NCBI GenBank assembly: GCA_964203375.1
Contig: CAXNLN010000004.1
Location: 90,479 to 154,478 of the forward strand
Origin: Polynucleobacter sp.
GTDB lineage: Bacteria > Pseudomonadota > Gammaproteobacteria > Burkholderiales > Burkholderiaceae
Length of the DNA: 64,000 nt
Direction of reading: 5' to 3'
Shown piece by piece: positions 1 through 11,441 of this stretch. The position numbers were made by a program, and so were the translations under genes. The stretch's first letter is position 1, and each line of letters begins with the position of its first letter. Under the pieces are notes generated by a model. The model was not told the DNA's origin. It saw only the letters and a list, made by a program, of their open reading frames with translations, and ran no database searches.

Positions 1-280
1 AGAGGATGGCTTTGTATACCTGAGGTTGTGAAAGTGTCGACTCTGCATAGAAGGTCAAAATACTAGCAATCGCTGCAACCAGAATATAAATAGGCGCATC
101 GGCCCAAAATACTGGCACTCCCATAATCACATCCCGCATGGTTCCGCCGCCAATCGCAGTGATAATACCCAAAACCAGAACACCAAAAAGATCAACGCCC
201 CGCTCTGAAATTGCTAGCACGCCTGTGATTGCAAATGCTGCGGAGGCAATAATCCCAACCCAAAAACTAAGCTCTTCCAT
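1..280 (-). CDS. Trimeric intracellular cation channel (TRIC/UPF0126, YadS-like) membrane protein, runs off the window start
   Basis: Not in the ORF track. Manual translation from ATG at 280: MEELSFWVGIIASAAFAITGVLAISERGVDLFGVLVLGIITAIGGGTMRDVIMGVPVFW; the D-x-FG and TAIGGGT-x-RD motifs are typical of the family. Confidence 0.85.
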   Translation of the reverse strand, partial: MEELSFWVGIIASAAFAITGVLAISERGVDLFGVLVLGIITAIGGGTMRDVIMGVPVFWADAPIYILVAAIASILTFYAESTLSQPQVYKAIL

Positions 281-315
281 CGAGCCTTCCTAGTAAATGA
301 ATAATCAAATACGAA

Positions 316-798
316 TTATTGCAAAGTATTTTTAAGAAGCGGGATTTCTGGGAGGGCAAGGACATCAATCCCCTCCTCGCGCAAGGCACTTACCTCATCG
401 GCACTGGTCTGCCCCCGAATACTGCGCTCGGGAGTTTCCTTGTAATGGATCTTTCTGGCCTCTTCTGCAAAGGATGAGCCAACATCCTCTGATTTATTAA
501 CGAGATCACGCATGGCCTTCATGAATGTCGCTTGGATCTGCTTCTCCAGCTGACCGTGATCGGAATTGGATAAAGCAATGGTTTGAGCAGGCTCCGATAC
601 AGTTGACGCGGGTTGAGATTGTTCTTGAAGAGCCCTACCCCCAATATGCGGAGCAGATGGTAAACGCCGAACCTCAGCGGTATCGCAAATGGGGCAGCAC
701 AAGCTTCCTCCTGATTGCTGGCTCAAGAAATCTGCTTCAGAAGAAAACCAGCCTTCAAACTGATGCTCATGATGGCACGCTAAGTTATAAACTTTCAT
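316..798 (-). CDS. DUF1178 family protein (zinc-ribbon-like)
   Basis: MKVYNLAC..H.FEGWF.S...F, CPICD and FAEEARKIHY motifs; usual position after nuoN-NUDIX in Burkholderiales. Confidence 0.85.
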   Translation of the reverse strand: MKVYNLACHHEHQFEGWFSSEADFLSQQSGGSLCCPICDTAEVRRLPSAPHIGGRALQEQSQPASTVSEPAQTIALSNSDHGQLEKQIQATFMKAMRDLVNKSEDVGSSFAEEARKIHYKETPERSIRGQTSADEVSALREEGIDVLALPEIPLLKNTLQ

Positions 799-880
799 GG
801 GGGATAGATGGGGGCTTGGAGCCTAAATTCAAGAGTGGATTAGTATTTTTATAGATCTTGATATTTTAATGCTTTATGAC

Positions 881-1466
881 TTATACGCTTGATCGAGAAC
901 GTCTGCGCTCTAGCCAATAGGTCGATATGATGGTCTTGACGTCTGTAATCTTGCCCATCTCCACCCAATGCAAGAGCTCTTCGAGTGGGGCTGCAAAGAC
1001 ATCCAAAAACTCTTCTTCATCTAAGCGTGCTGGTCCGGGGCTTAAGCCTTCAGCTAAATAGATATCAATAAACTCCGTGGAATACGAAATCACCGGATGA
1101 ATTCGACGAATCTTGCTCCACCGCTTTGCGGTGTAACCGGTTTCCTCTTGCAACTCGCGTTGCGCACACAATAGTGGATCTTCACCAGTATTGAGTTTTC
1201 CAGCGGGGATCTCAATCACTGCTTGGGCAATGGGATAACGGTACTGACGCTCCAATAAAATACGACCATCATCCAAGACGGCTAGGATCGCAACTGCCCC
1301 AGGGTGCTCCAGATACTCGCGCACAGCATGTTGACCATCGGGCAATGAAACGGTATCGCGCTTCATTTTGAGGAAGATGCCGTCATAAACACCCTCCCCT
1401 GAAATTTTTTTCTCAGCAAGATGCTCATCATCATGAGCGAGGTCTTGGATAGGATTTCTCGCTCAT
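881..1466 (-). CDS. NUDIX hydrolase (ADP-ribose pyrophosphatase-like), with a +1 frameshift near 1447
   Basis: Nudix box GKLNTGEDPLLCAQRELQEETGY. The frame stays open upstream of 1366 (QDLAHDDEHLAEKKISGEGVYDGIFLK), and the ATG at 1466 (MSEKSY) joins it if one G at 1447-1448 is removed. Confidence 0.85.
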
Positions 1467-1479
1467 GTTCTAGTTGCGC

Positions 1480-2970
1480 TTAAGAACCAATGAGAGTGCT
1501 TCGCATTGCGTTCAAGCACAGACTCATGAGTCCAGCCGGGAATATTCCCAAAATGAGAATCATCAAGCCATTAATGCCAAGCAAACCCTTGGCAAAAGTA
1601 GAGCCGCTTACAGCATGCTCATGAACAGGCTCGTCAAAATACATCACTTTGACGACGCGCAGATAGTAAAAGGCGCCGATTAAGGAAGCAATCACCGCAA
1701 TCACAGCCAGTGCTATGAAATCAGCATCTACTAGGGCTTCCAAGACCGAGAGTTTGGCAGCAAAACCAACAGTTGGCGGAATACCAGCTAATGAGAACAT
1801 CATAATCAGACCGATAAAGGCATACCAAGGATGCTTACGATTGAGGCCCTTGAGGCCATCTAAGGTCTCACAGTCATACCCCTTGCGCGAGAGAACCATT
1901 AAGAACCCGAAGGTACCCAAGGTGGTCATTACGTAAGTAATCGCATAGAACATCGAAGCGCTGTAAGCATGATCATCAAAGACTGACAACATACCCAGTA
2001 ATACAAAACCCATTTGTGCAATGGCCGAGTAGGCCAACATCCGCTTAAGGTTGGTTTGTGCAATCGCAGTGACATTGCCAAGTACTAAAGAGAGGACTGC
2101 CAAGATCAAGAGCATGGGCTGCCAGTCTGATATCAAGGGCAATAAAGCATTAATGAGCAAGCGGAAGAGCAAGGCAAACGCAGCGAGCTTTGGAGCTCCT
2201 GCAATTAATAAGGTCACTGCGGTGGGGGCGCCTTGATAGACATCAGGTACCCACATATGAAATGGCACCACCCCAAACTTGAAGGCTAAACCAGCCACAA
2301 TGAACACTAGCCCAAATGCCATCACTAAATGATTAATTCTAGGGTCAAGCAAGAGCCGGAGGATCTCGAGTAAATCCAGTGACCCGGTTACACCATAGAT
2401 CATCGACATACCGTAGAGCAAGAATCCCGATGCTAATGCACCCAAAACAAAATACTTAATAGCTGCTTCCGAGGAGAGGCCGCTGGAATGGCGCATTGCC
2501 ACCAATCCATAGGTTGAAAGTGCCATCAACTCAAGACCGAGGTATAGGGTGAGTAAATTAGCAGCAGAGATTAAGACAAGCTGGCCTAATAGAGCAAATA
2601 GAGTAAGAACGATGAAGTCTGGTCTAAACAAGCCGCGATCAATCAAATACTGCTTGGAGTAAATCAGGCTCAAGAGCAAGGCAAAGCAGGATCCTGCTTT
2701 TAATAAATTAGCAATCGCATCGGACTGGAATAAGCCAGCCATAGCGAGGTAAGGAAGATCAGTAATCCGCGTCATGAATGCGGCGCCCAAACCAATTAAG
2801 AGAAGACAGGCCACCGAGTACACATAGGATGCTGCTCTAGGAGCATGGAATACATCCTGTTCAGCATCAGCCTTTGCTTCCTTAACAAAGGCACTGGTTA
2901 CTAGCAGTAAGCAGCTAATCGTGATTAAAACGAGCTCTGGAGCAATTGCGATTAGGTCAAAGGAGTCCAT
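1480..2970 (-). CDS. nuoN: NADH-quinone oxidoreductase subunit N
   Basis: [33 protein letters not shown] and KRMLAYSAI motifs; last gene of the nuo operon. Confidence 0.97.
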   Translation of the reverse strand: MDSFDLIAIAPELVLITISCLLLVTSAFVKEAKADAEQDVFHAPRAASYVYSVACLLLIGLGAAFMTRITDLPYLAMAGLFQSDAIANLLKAGSCFALLLSLIYSKQYLIDRGLFRPDFIVLTLFALLGQLVLISAANLLTLYLGLELMALSTYGLVAMRHSSGLSSEAAIKYFVLGALASGFLLYGMSMIYGVTGSLDLLEILRLLLDPRINHLVMAFGLVFIVAGLAFKFGVVPFHMWVPDVYQGAPTAVTLLIAGAPKLAAFALLFRLLINALLPLISDWQPMLLILAVLSLVLGNVTAIAQTNLKRMLAYSAIAQMGFVLLGMLSVFDDHAYSASMFYAITYVMTTLGTFGFLMVLSRKGYDCETLDGLKGLNRKHPWYAFIGLIMMFSLAGIPPTVGFAAKLSVLEALVDADFIALAVIAVIASLIGAFYYLRVVKVMYFDEPVHEHAVSGSTFAKGLLGINGLMILILGIFPAGLMSLCLNAMRSTLIGS

Positions 2971-2983
2971 ACGATTTCTTTAC

Positions 2984-4450
2984 TCAGAGTTTGCTAATGG
3001 CGACATGCTCTAAGAGCTGCATAACCGCCGGATGAATAATGTCAGTAAATGGTTTTGGATAGACGCCCATGCCAATCACGCAGATCGAAAGCACCATAAA
3101 CATAAAGAACTCTCGATGATTGAGGTCCTCCAGTTGCGCAACATGATCATTAGCAACAGCACCGAAGATCACTCGCTTAACCATCCAAAGGGAATATGCG
3201 GCACCCAGAATCAGGGCCGTTGCTGATAAAAGTCCGATCATGAAGTCGTAATCAACCGCAGCCAAGATCACCATAAACTCTCCCACAAATCCAGAGGTTG
3301 CGGGTAAGCCGCAGTTAGCCATCGCCATGAGTACCATGAAGGCAGAAAACTTCGGCATCCGGTGAACCACACCACCATAATCAGCAATCTGGCGAGTGTG
3401 CATGCGATCATAAAGAACGCCGATGGCTAAGAACATCGCACCCGATACAAAACCATGCGAAATCATCTGAATAATGCCGCCCTCTATTCCTAAGGGGCTG
3501 AAGATGAAAAAACCAAGGGTCACAAAACCCATATGGGCAATCGATGAATACGCCACTAGTTTTTTCATATCCTGCTGAACGAGGGCCACTAAACCAACAT
3601 AAATCACTGCTACCAAAGACAAGAAGATGATGAAAGGTGCTAAGTATTGGCTAGCATCGGGTGTGATCGGTAAAGAAAACCGTAAGAATCCATAGGCACC
3701 GAGCTTTAACATGATGGCTGCCAAAACCACTGAGCCACCTGTAGGTGCCTCAACGTGCACATCCGGCAACCAGGTGTGTAATGGCCACATGGGCACCTTG
3801 ACCGCAAAGGCCATGAAGAAAGCAATAAAGAGGAGTACCTGCTCCACAATATCCAACTTCGTATGATGCCAAGCCAAAATATCAAAGGTATTGCTGAGGT
3901 TATACAAATACAGCAGAGCAATTAAGGCGAGTAATGAGCCCAGCAAGGTATAGAGGAAGAACTTAAAGGCTGCATAAATCCGGTTCTGCCCTCCCCACAC
4001 ACCAATAATGATGTACATCGGGATTAGAGTGGCTTCAAAGAAGATGTAGAAGAGCAAACCGTCGAGTGCGGAGAACACCCCAATCATCAGGCCAGACAGA
4101 ATCATAAAGGCGGCGTAATACTGCGATACCTTCTCCGTAATCACTTCCCAGGCAGCAATCACCACAAAAATATTAATGAAGGCGGTCAAAACCACAAACC
4201 AAACGGAGATGCCATCAACACCCAAGTAATAGTTAATGTCATAGCGCGGAATCCAACTGATCTTCTCCACAAACTGCATCCCCGGATTAGCAAGATCGAA
4301 GTTGCTAATGAGGGGCAATGTGGCAATGAAGCCAAAAACAGCACCAAATAATGCAAGGTAACGAATGCCAGCCGATGGACGCTCTGAGCCATAGATCAAA
4401 ATGATCAGACCAAAAACAATCGGAATCCAAATGGCGTAAGAAAGTATCAT
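2984..4450 (-). CDS. nuoM: NADH-quinone oxidoreductase subunit M
   Basis: FAVKVPMWPLHTWLPDVHVEAP and KKLVAYSSIAHMG motifs. Confidence 0.97.
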   Translation of the reverse strand: MILSYAIWIPIVFGLIILIYGSERPSAGIRYLALFGAVFGFIATLPLISNFDLANPGMQFVEKISWIPRYDINYYLGVDGISVWFVVLTAFINIFVVIAAWEVITEKVSQYYAAFMILSGLMIGVFSALDGLLFYIFFEATLIPMYIIIGVWGGQNRIYAAFKFFLYTLLGSLLALIALLYLYNLSNTFDILAWHHTKLDIVEQVLLFIAFFMAFAVKVPMWPLHTWLPDVHVEAPTGGSVVLAAIMLKLGAYGFLRFSLPITPDASQYLAPFIIFLSLVAVIYVGLVALVQQDMKKLVAYSSIAHMGFVTLGFFIFSPLGIEGGIIQMISHGFVSGAMFLAIGVLYDRMHTRQIADYGGVVHRMPKFSAFMVLMAMANCGLPATSGFVGEFMVILAAVDYDFMIGLLSATALILGAAYSLWMVKRVIFGAVANDHVAQLEDLNHREFFMFMVLSICVIGMGVYPKPFTDIIHPAVMQLLEHVAISKL

Positions 4451-4465
4451 GAGCGGGGCTTAAGC

Positions 4466-6499
4466 TTAATAGGCAATATAAATATGGGTATACAAAATCC
4501 AAGCTAGCAAGCTAACTAAGCCCATGATCATGGCAAAGGCATAGTGATACAAATAACCCGATTGCAATTGCCGAATCACACCGGAGAACTTGCCTACTAA
4601 ATGGGCACTACCGTTCACCAGCCAACCATCAATGACCCGTTGATCGCCCTGCTTCCACAAACCACCGCCAATCAATAAAGCACCTTTAGCAAATACCCAC
4701 TGATTGAGATCATCCAAGTAGTATTTGTTATCTAAGAGAGTTTTAATGGGGGCAAAGGTCTTCGCAATCTTCGCAGGCAATGAGCTTGCCCATAAGTAGC
4801 AGACAGCAGCTACCAAAACACCAAGCACCAACAGTAAAAATACTGGGGTTATAAAGCCATGCAAGGCCATCGCTACTGGGCCATGGAAATGAGATGCCAA
4901 GCTTGTCATCGCCGGATGCTTAGCAGCATCCACAAAAATTGCATCTCCGAAGAAGGTACCAAAAAGCATTGGATCAATGGTGTAATACCCAATGAAGACT
5001 GATGGGATTGCCAACGCAATCAATGGCAAGGTAATTACCCAAGGTGACTCATGCGGCTTCTCGCCGGGGGCCAAGCCGTGATGATCGCCATGCGCATCAT
5101 GGTGGCCATGATCATCATGCCCAAAACGCTCTTTGCCATGAAATACATAGAAATAAAGACGGAAAGAATACAGAGCGGTTACAAAGACACTCATCATGAC
5201 CGCAAAGTATGCAAAGCCTGAGCCAGGAATACTGCTTGCAGCGACCGCTTCAATAATGGAGTCTTTAGAATAAAAACCGGAGAAGAATGGAGTGCCAATG
5301 AGTGCCAAGGATCCTAATAACATCATCAGACAACTGATCGGCATGTACTTCCATAAACCGCCCATCTTGCGCATGTCTTGCTCGTGATGCATGCCAATAA
5401 TGACACTACCCGCCCCTAAGAACAATAAAGCCTTGAAGAATGCATGAGTCATTAAATGGAATATGGCGATTGGATACGCTGATACTCCCAGAGCAACGGT
5501 CATATAACCTAACTGCGAAAGTGTGGAATACGCCACCACCCTCTTAATATCGGTTTGCACGATTCCAAGAAAGCCCATGAAGAGTGCTGTAATTGAACCC
5601 ACAACCAAGATAAAACTTAAGGCAACATCAGACAACTCAAAAAGCGGCGACATTCTGGTCACCATAAAAATACCAGCGGTCACCATCGTGGCAGCATGGA
5701 TCAAGGCAGAAATGGGGGTTGGGCCTTCCATTGAATCAGGCAACCAAACGTGTAAGGGAAACTGAGCTGATTTACCCATCGCACCGATGAATAAGCAAAT
5801 ACAAGCTGCGGTTACTAAGTTCCAATTAGTTCCAGGTACAGTTTGCGCAGCCAACACGGTGTTTTGGGCAAAGATATCGGCGTAGTTCATGGAACCGGTG
5901 GCGGCCAACAACAAACCGATTCCTAAAATGAAGCCAAAGTCACCAACCCGATTCACCAAGAAAGCCTTCATATTGGCAAAGACTGCGGTGGGTCGGTCGT
6001 AATAAAAACCGATCAAGAGATAGGAGACTACACCAACCGCCTCCCACCCAAAGAATATCTGCAACATATTGTTGCTCATCACCAGCATCAACATGGCAAA
6101 GGTAAACAAAGAGATATAGGCAAAGAAGCGGTTATAGCCCTCCTCACCTTTCATATAGCCAATGGTGTAAATGTGGACCATTAAAGATACGAAGGTCACG
6201 ACCACCATCATCACTGCGGTGAGTGGATCAATCAGAAAACCAATATCAAAACTGAGCTCTCCTAACTTCATCCAGGTGTACACGCTGCCATCAAAGTAGT
6301 AGCCGTTGTTGACTTCAAACAAGACCCAGCAAGACAAGATCAGGGCAATGGTGACCCCTAAAATTGTTAAGGACTGAGTAGCCACCTGCCCAATCCGATT
6401 TCCAAAGAATCGGGTTCCCAATAAACCAGCCATGGCCGAACCTACCAGCGGGGCTAGCGGTATTGCGCAGAGATGGGCGATGGTTAAGGAGGATGCCAT
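4466..6499 (-). CDS. nuoL: NADH-quinone oxidoreductase subunit L
   Basis: GKSAQFPLHVWLPDSMEGPTPISALIHAATMV. Start placed at MASSLT (6499), just after the nuoK stop. Confidence 0.97.
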   Translation of the reverse strand: MASSLTIAHLCAIPLAPLVGSAMAGLLGTRFFGNRIGQVATQSLTILGVTIALILSCWVLFEVNNGYYFDGSVYTWMKLGELSFDIGFLIDPLTAVMMVVVTFVSLMVHIYTIGYMKGEEGYNRFFAYISLFTFAMLMLVMSNNMLQIFFGWEAVGVVSYLLIGFYYDRPTAVFANMKAFLVNRVGDFGFILGIGLLLAATGSMNYADIFAQNTVLAAQTVPGTNWNLVTAACICLFIGAMGKSAQFPLHVWLPDSMEGPTPISALIHAATMVTAGIFMVTRMSPLFELSDVALSFILVVGSITALFMGFLGIVQTDIKRVVAYSTLSQLGYMTVALGVSAYPIAIFHLMTHAFFKALLFLGAGSVIIGMHHEQDMRKMGGLWKYMPISCLMMLLGSLALIGTPFFSGFYSKDSIIEAVAASSIPGSGFAYFAVMMSVFVTALYSFRLYFYVFHGKERFGHDDHGHHDAHGDHHGLAPGEKPHESPWVITLPLIALAIPSVFIGYYTIDPMLFGTFFGDAIFVDAAKHPAMTSLASHFHGPVAMALHGFITPVFLLLVLGVLVAAVCYLWASSLPAKIAKTFAPIKTLLDNKYYLDDLNQWVFAKGALLIGGGLWKQGDQRVIDGWLVNGSAHLVGKFSGVIRQLQSGYLYHYAFAMIMGLVSLLAWILYTHIYIAY

Positions 6500-6503
6500 G
6501 CGC

Positions 6504-6812
6504 TTAACCTTTAAGGTGATCCAAATCTTCAGCATTAATGGTGTCGACCTTACGGAAGAGGACCACCAAAATGGCTAAACCAATCGCAGCTTCTGCCGCA
6601 GCCACGGTCAGAATGAAGAACACAAATACTTGCCCTGCCATATCCCCTAAGTAATGGGAGAAGGCTACAAAGTTCATATTGACAGCGAGCAACATGAGCT
6701 CGATAGCCATCAATAGAATGATCACATTGCGACGATTTAAAAAGATACCAACCACGCTAATCGCAAACAGGATGGCACCAAGAACAAGATAATGAGCGAG
6801 GGTGATGGTCAT
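6504..6812 (-). CDS. nuoK: NADH-quinone oxidoreductase subunit K
   Basis: [12 protein letters not shown] and [12 protein letters not shown] motifs. Confidence 0.97.
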   Translation of the reverse strand: MTITLAHYLVLGAILFAISVVGIFLNRRNVIILLMAIELMLLAVNMNFVAFSHYLGDMAGQVFVFFILTVAAAEAAIGLAILVVLFRKVDTINAEDLDHLKG

Positions 6813-6814
6813 GA

Positions 6815-7474
6815 TTAACTCTTGCCCTCAGGCGATTTCGACTTACGATCCTGCTTGGCTTCATTACTAGAATCCATCGAGACAATCCGCATCCGGTCTT
6901 TTGCCTTCACGGCCACTTGATCAGCAATGTTTTGTCCCTTCACGTCCTTGCGCTTACGCAAGGTCAATGCCACCGCAGCAATAATTGCCACTAAGAGAAT
7001 GATTCCGGCGATCTCAAAGGCATAGAGGTAATCGGTAAACATCAGATAGCCAAGTGCCTGAGTGTTGTTAGCAGAGACCACTTCGGGGAGGATATTGACG
7101 GGGGCAGTGGTACCAATAAATCCTCGGATCAAGATAATCGATAACTCGAGGATGATAACCACGCCAATGAGCATTGCCAGAGGAAGGTATTTTTTAAAGT
7201 CACGACGTAGATGGGCTAAATCAAGATCGAGCATCATCACCACAAACAAAAATAGCACCATCACGGCACCCACATACACCAAAATCAGAATTAAGCTTAA
7301 GAACTCCGCCTTGAGCAACATCCAAATACCCGATGCACTAAAGAATGCGAGTACGAGAAACAAAGCGGCATGCACTGGGTTAGATACGGTCACCACTCGC
7401 AATGCAGCTATGACCAGCAAAGCAGCAAAGGCGAAGAAGAAAACAGCAAAAAGAGTGGATGGATCAAAGTTCAT
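6815..7474 (-). CDS. nuoJ: NADH-quinone oxidoreductase subunit J
   Basis: [10 protein letters not shown] and [17 protein letters not shown] motifs. Confidence 0.97.
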   Translation of the reverse strand: MNFDPSTLFAVFFFAFAALLVIAALRVVTVSNPVHAALFLVLAFFSASGIWMLLKAEFLSLILILVYVGAVMVLFLFVVMMLDLDLAHLRRDFKKYLPLAMLIGVVIILELSIILIRGFIGTTAPVNILPEVVSANNTQALGYLMFTDYLYAFEIAGIILLVAIIAAVALTLRKRKDVKGQNIADQVAVKAKDRMRIVSMDSSNEAKQDRKSKSPEGKS

Positions 7475-7485
7475 AAATAAATCAA

Positions 7486-7980
7486 TTAACGATAGGGTGC
7501 ATCGGCCTCACGATTTGCAGCAATTTGTTTTTCATATTCGTCACCGACGGCCAATAACATCTCTTTGGTGAAATACAAATCACCGCGTTTATCGCCAAAA
7601 TATTCAAAGATATTGGTTTCGACAATCGCATCGACTGGGCAAGCCTCTTCACAAAAACCACAGAAGATGCACTTGGTTAAATCGATGTCATAGCGCGTTG
7701 TTCTGCGCGTACCATCCTCACGCTGATCCGACTCAATCGAAATAGCCAAGGCAGGACACACCGCCTCGCATAGTTTGCAAGCAATACAGCGCTCTTCCCC
7801 ATTGGGATAGCGACGCAATGCATGAAGCCCACGAAAACGAGGAGACAAAGGAGTCTTTTCTTCAGGGTATTGGATGGTGATCTTCCGCTTAAATAAGTAA
7901 CGGCCGGTAATCGACATGCCAGTCAGTACGTCTTTTAGCATCAAGCTATCTAAGAACTGGGAGATTCGTTTAAACATCAT
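7486..7980 (-). CDS. nuoI: NADH-quinone oxidoreductase subunit I
   Basis: Two 4Fe-4S motifs, [12 protein letters not shown] and [12 protein letters not shown]. Confidence 0.97.
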   Translation of the reverse strand: MMFKRISQFLDSLMLKDVLTGMSITGRYLFKRKITIQYPEEKTPLSPRFRGLHALRRYPNGEERCIACKLCEAVCPALAISIESDQREDGTRRTTRYDIDLTKCIFCGFCEEACPVDAIVETNIFEYFGDKRGDLYFTKEMLLAVGDEYEKQIAANREADAPYR

Positions 7981-7983
7981 CGC

Positions 7984-9057
7984 TTAGCTCCAGATATTCC
8001 ATGGGGACAAAATCCAAGCCCCAACCAAAAGAACCCAAAATACTGTCAAGGGAATAAAGACTTTCCAGCCTAAACGCATAATTTGGTCATAGCGGTAACG
8101 TGGCAAGGTGGCACGCAACCAAATAAAACAGGAAAGCAAGAAGAAGGTCTTGGCAAATAGCCAGAAGAAGCCGGGGATATCGCGTAAGACCGGTAGATCA
8201 AGGATAGGTAACCAACCGCCCAAGAACATCGTTGCTGCTAAGGCAGCAATCAAAATCATATTGGCGTATTCAGCGAGGAAGAACAGCGCAAATGCCATAC
8301 CCGAGTACTCCACCATATGCCCTGCAACAATCTCGGACTCTCCTTCCACCACGTCAAAGGGATGGCGATTGGTTTCAGCAACGCCCGATATGAAATAAAT
8401 CACAAACATGGGCAATAGTGGTAACCAGTTCCATGAAAGGAAATTGAGTCCCATGCTGGCGAAGTAGCCGACCTCTTGGGAACGAACAATATTGCTTAAA
8501 TTAAGCGAACCTGCAACCATCAACACGGACACTAGAGCAAAGCCCATGGCAATCTCATAGGAGATCATCTGCGCTGAGGCACGCATCGCACCGAGGAATG
8601 GATACTTCGAATTAGATGCCCAACCCGCCAAGATCACGCCATAAACACCGACCGAAGTAATGGCCATAATGTAGAGCAAACCAGCATTCACATCTGCTAG
8701 AACAAGCTCCGCCTGAAATGGCATTACCGCCCAAGCAGCAAATGCTGGTGTAAGCACCATCAAGGGTGCAATGATGTACAAAGTATGACTCGCACGCGCC
8801 GGAGAAATAATCTCCTTCATTAAGAGCTTTAAGGCATCGGCGATTGGTTGTAATAAACCTAAGGGGCCAACACGATTGGGGCCTAAGCGAATATGCATCC
8901 AGCCGATTAATTTGCGCTCCCAGAGAGTGAGATATGCAACCGCAGCAAACATCGGCAGAACAATCACTACGATCTTGACCAAAGTCCATACCAATGGCCA
9001 TATAGGACCAAAAAGGTCTGCGCCTTGGGTTGTGATAGTGTCCAAAAGATCTGTCAT
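7984..9057 (-). CDS. nuoH: NADH-quinone oxidoreductase subunit H
   Basis: [34 protein letters not shown] and RYRYDQIM motifs. Confidence 0.97.
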   Translation of the reverse strand: MTDLLDTITTQGADLFGPIWPLVWTLVKIVVIVLPMFAAVAYLTLWERKLIGWMHIRLGPNRVGPLGLLQPIADALKLLMKEIISPARASHTLYIIAPLMVLTPAFAAWAVMPFQAELVLADVNAGLLYIMAITSVGVYGVILAGWASNSKYPFLGAMRASAQMISYEIAMGFALVSVLMVAGSLNLSNIVRSQEVGYFASMGLNFLSWNWLPLLPMFVIYFISGVAETNRHPFDVVEGESEIVAGHMVEYSGMAFALFFLAEYANMILIAALAATMFLGGWLPILDLPVLRDIPGFFWLFAKTFFLLSCFIWLRATLPRYRYDQIMRLGWKVFIPLTVFWVLLVGAWILSPWNIWS

Positions 9058-9065
9058 GAGTATCT

Positions 9066-11439
9066 TTAAGCGGTGACCGCCACTTTAGCGATGGTGACTT
9101 CTCCGAACATAGAACCGAGCTGAGTACTCATCCCAGTTCCGACCGCGATGCGCACTACGCCACTTGCTAATCCAGGTTGCAGGGTAACAGGCGCCTCAAG
9201 AGTCTTTCCTTCTTGGCTCACTGTAAGCAAGTCCCCTTCTTTTAAACTTAACTGCTCAAACAAATCCTCACCCACGCCAATTTGATTCGCCATCTTGGCG
9301 TCTCGCGTGAGTTGCAAAGATGGGGCACGACGTACGATTGCATCGCTTGCATAAATGGCTTGATCGGCTAGACGGTGAATCGACCCTGATAGGATGCTTC
9401 TTGTTCAGAATCTGTGCGTTTGCAGTGAACGAATTACTTAAGGAATGCTCAAGGGGCTTTGCCAAAGCATCTGCAAGAACCTCCTCGGGTACGTTGTATA
9501 AGAATCCATCTAAGTTCAACAGACTACCCATTGCTCGCAATACTTTCCAAGCAGGTCTTGCGTCAGCCAAAGGACGAACAGCAGGTTGCATGGTCTGTAC
9601 CTGAGCTGCCATATTTATATAAGTACCCACGGTCTCGGTATATGGAGTGATGGGCAAGATAACATCGGCTAACTCTAATAAATCAGGGCTCGTAAATGCA
9701 CTGAGAGCAATCACCGTATCCGCCTTTGTCAGTGCTGCACGGGTTTGCTGTGGGTTAGGTAAATCCATCAGAGGCTCAAGGTTCATCAGCACATAAGCGC
9801 GTGCATTGCTTTGCAAAAGGCTCTCGACACTTCCGTCATTACCTTGCGTAGCGCCAACTACTTGTGCGCCAACTGCATTGCCACCCTCGCCCAAGAATCC
9901 TAAGCAAGCGCCTGTATGGTGTGCAATGAACTCAGCCAAGATATGCAAATCTGATGCATTCGGATGGGCTATTGCGAGCGCACCCAATAAAATAGCCTGT
10001 TTCTCTGGGTTCTCTGAATTAGCACCTGCTAATAATTGATCAGCGATGCGTTGCGCTGGCACTGATACCGAGCTAGCGTGTGCGCCCGCAGGCAAGGTCA
10101 GTGATTTTGCTTTGGCAATCGCAGTTGCAATTTCAGTTAACTGCTTCACCCACTCAGCAGGAGCGCTATGAAGATGAGCCGCGACTGGCATTAACCAATC
10201 ATTGCCACCAGCGTCTAATCGATAAACCTCTAAGCCACGCTTAGTCGCTGTGCGAATGCGGGCAGCTAGCAAGGGCTGATCTTTGCGCAAATGACTACCA
10301 ATCACCAAAACACGTTTGAGATGATTGATCTCTGCAATCGGCATTCCTAACCAAGCAAGCTGAGCAGCACCACGGGTATCGACTTGGCGTAAACGGCTCT
10401 CCACGTGACCGGAGCCCAGCCCACGCATCACCTTTTGCAAGAGATATAACTCTTCCACACTTGAGATTGGATGGGCTAAGGCTGCTAGAGCATTTGCACC
10501 ATGCTGCTTCTGAATATCACCCAAGGAATGGACGACATAATCGAGTGCGGATTGCCAATCGGTTTCTAGCCACTGACCATTTTGCTTCACCATGGGGGTG
10601 GTGAGACGATCGGTGCTATTGAGGCCCTCATAGGCAAAGCGATCGCGATCGCTAATCCAGCACTCATTGATATCTTCGTTCTCTAGAGCAACCACTCGCA
10701 TCACCCGGTTGGCTTTGGTCTGAACGGTCGTATTACTTCCCAAAGAATCATGGGGGCTCAGCGAGCGTTTACGCACCAACTCCCAGGTGCGCGCTGCATA
10801 ACGGAATGGCTTGCTGGTTAAGGCGCCCACGGGACAAATATCGATCATATTGCCCGAGAGCTCAGAGTCAACGGTCTGCCCAACAAAGGTGGTGATCTCC
10901 GAATGCTCACCACGATTAATCATGCCTAACTCCATCACACCGGCCACCTCTTGACCGAAGCGCACACAGCGCGTGCAATGAATACAGCGTGACATCTCTT
11001 CCATCGAAATCAATGGGCCCACGTTCTTGTGGAAAACGACCCGCTTCTCTTCTTTATAGCGCGAACTGGACTTCCCGTAACCCACTGCCAGATCTTGTAA
11101 CTGGCACTCACCGCCTTGATCGCAAATTGGGCAATCCAAAGGATGGTTAATGAGCAAGAACTCCATCACTGATTTTTGGGCTTCCACCGCTTTGGCTGAA
11201 TGCGTAAATACTTTCATACCGGGCATCACTGGGGTAGCGCACGCTGGTAATGCTTTGGGGGCCTTCTCCACCTCAACTAAGCACATGCGGCAATTGGCTG
11301 CGATTGATAATTTCTTGTGATAACAGAAATGCGGTACATAGGTACCCAATTTGTTTGTGGCATGCATCACCATCGAACCCTGAGGTACCTCAACGGCTTT
11401 GCCATCGACATGTATCTCAATCATGTTGATCGTACTCAT
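9066..11439 (-). CDS. nuoG: NADH-quinone oxidoreductase subunit G, with a +1 frameshift near 9398
   Basis: Fe-S motifs [27 protein letters not shown] and CIHCTRC. The C-terminal part ([27 protein letters not shown]...) continues in the frame of ORF 9066..9317. Confidence 0.93.
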
Positions 11440-11441
11440 GC

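Noticed and set aside
525-854. 109-aa plus-strand ORF, and the many similar antisense or alternate-frame ORFs in nuo, ilv, spoT and fdh
   Set aside because: They overlap well-supported genes and show no motifs; expected by chance.
9390-9405. Programmed ribosomal frameshifting at nuoG or the other three sites
   Set aside because: No shared slippery heptamer or stimulatory element; the sites look like isolated indels.
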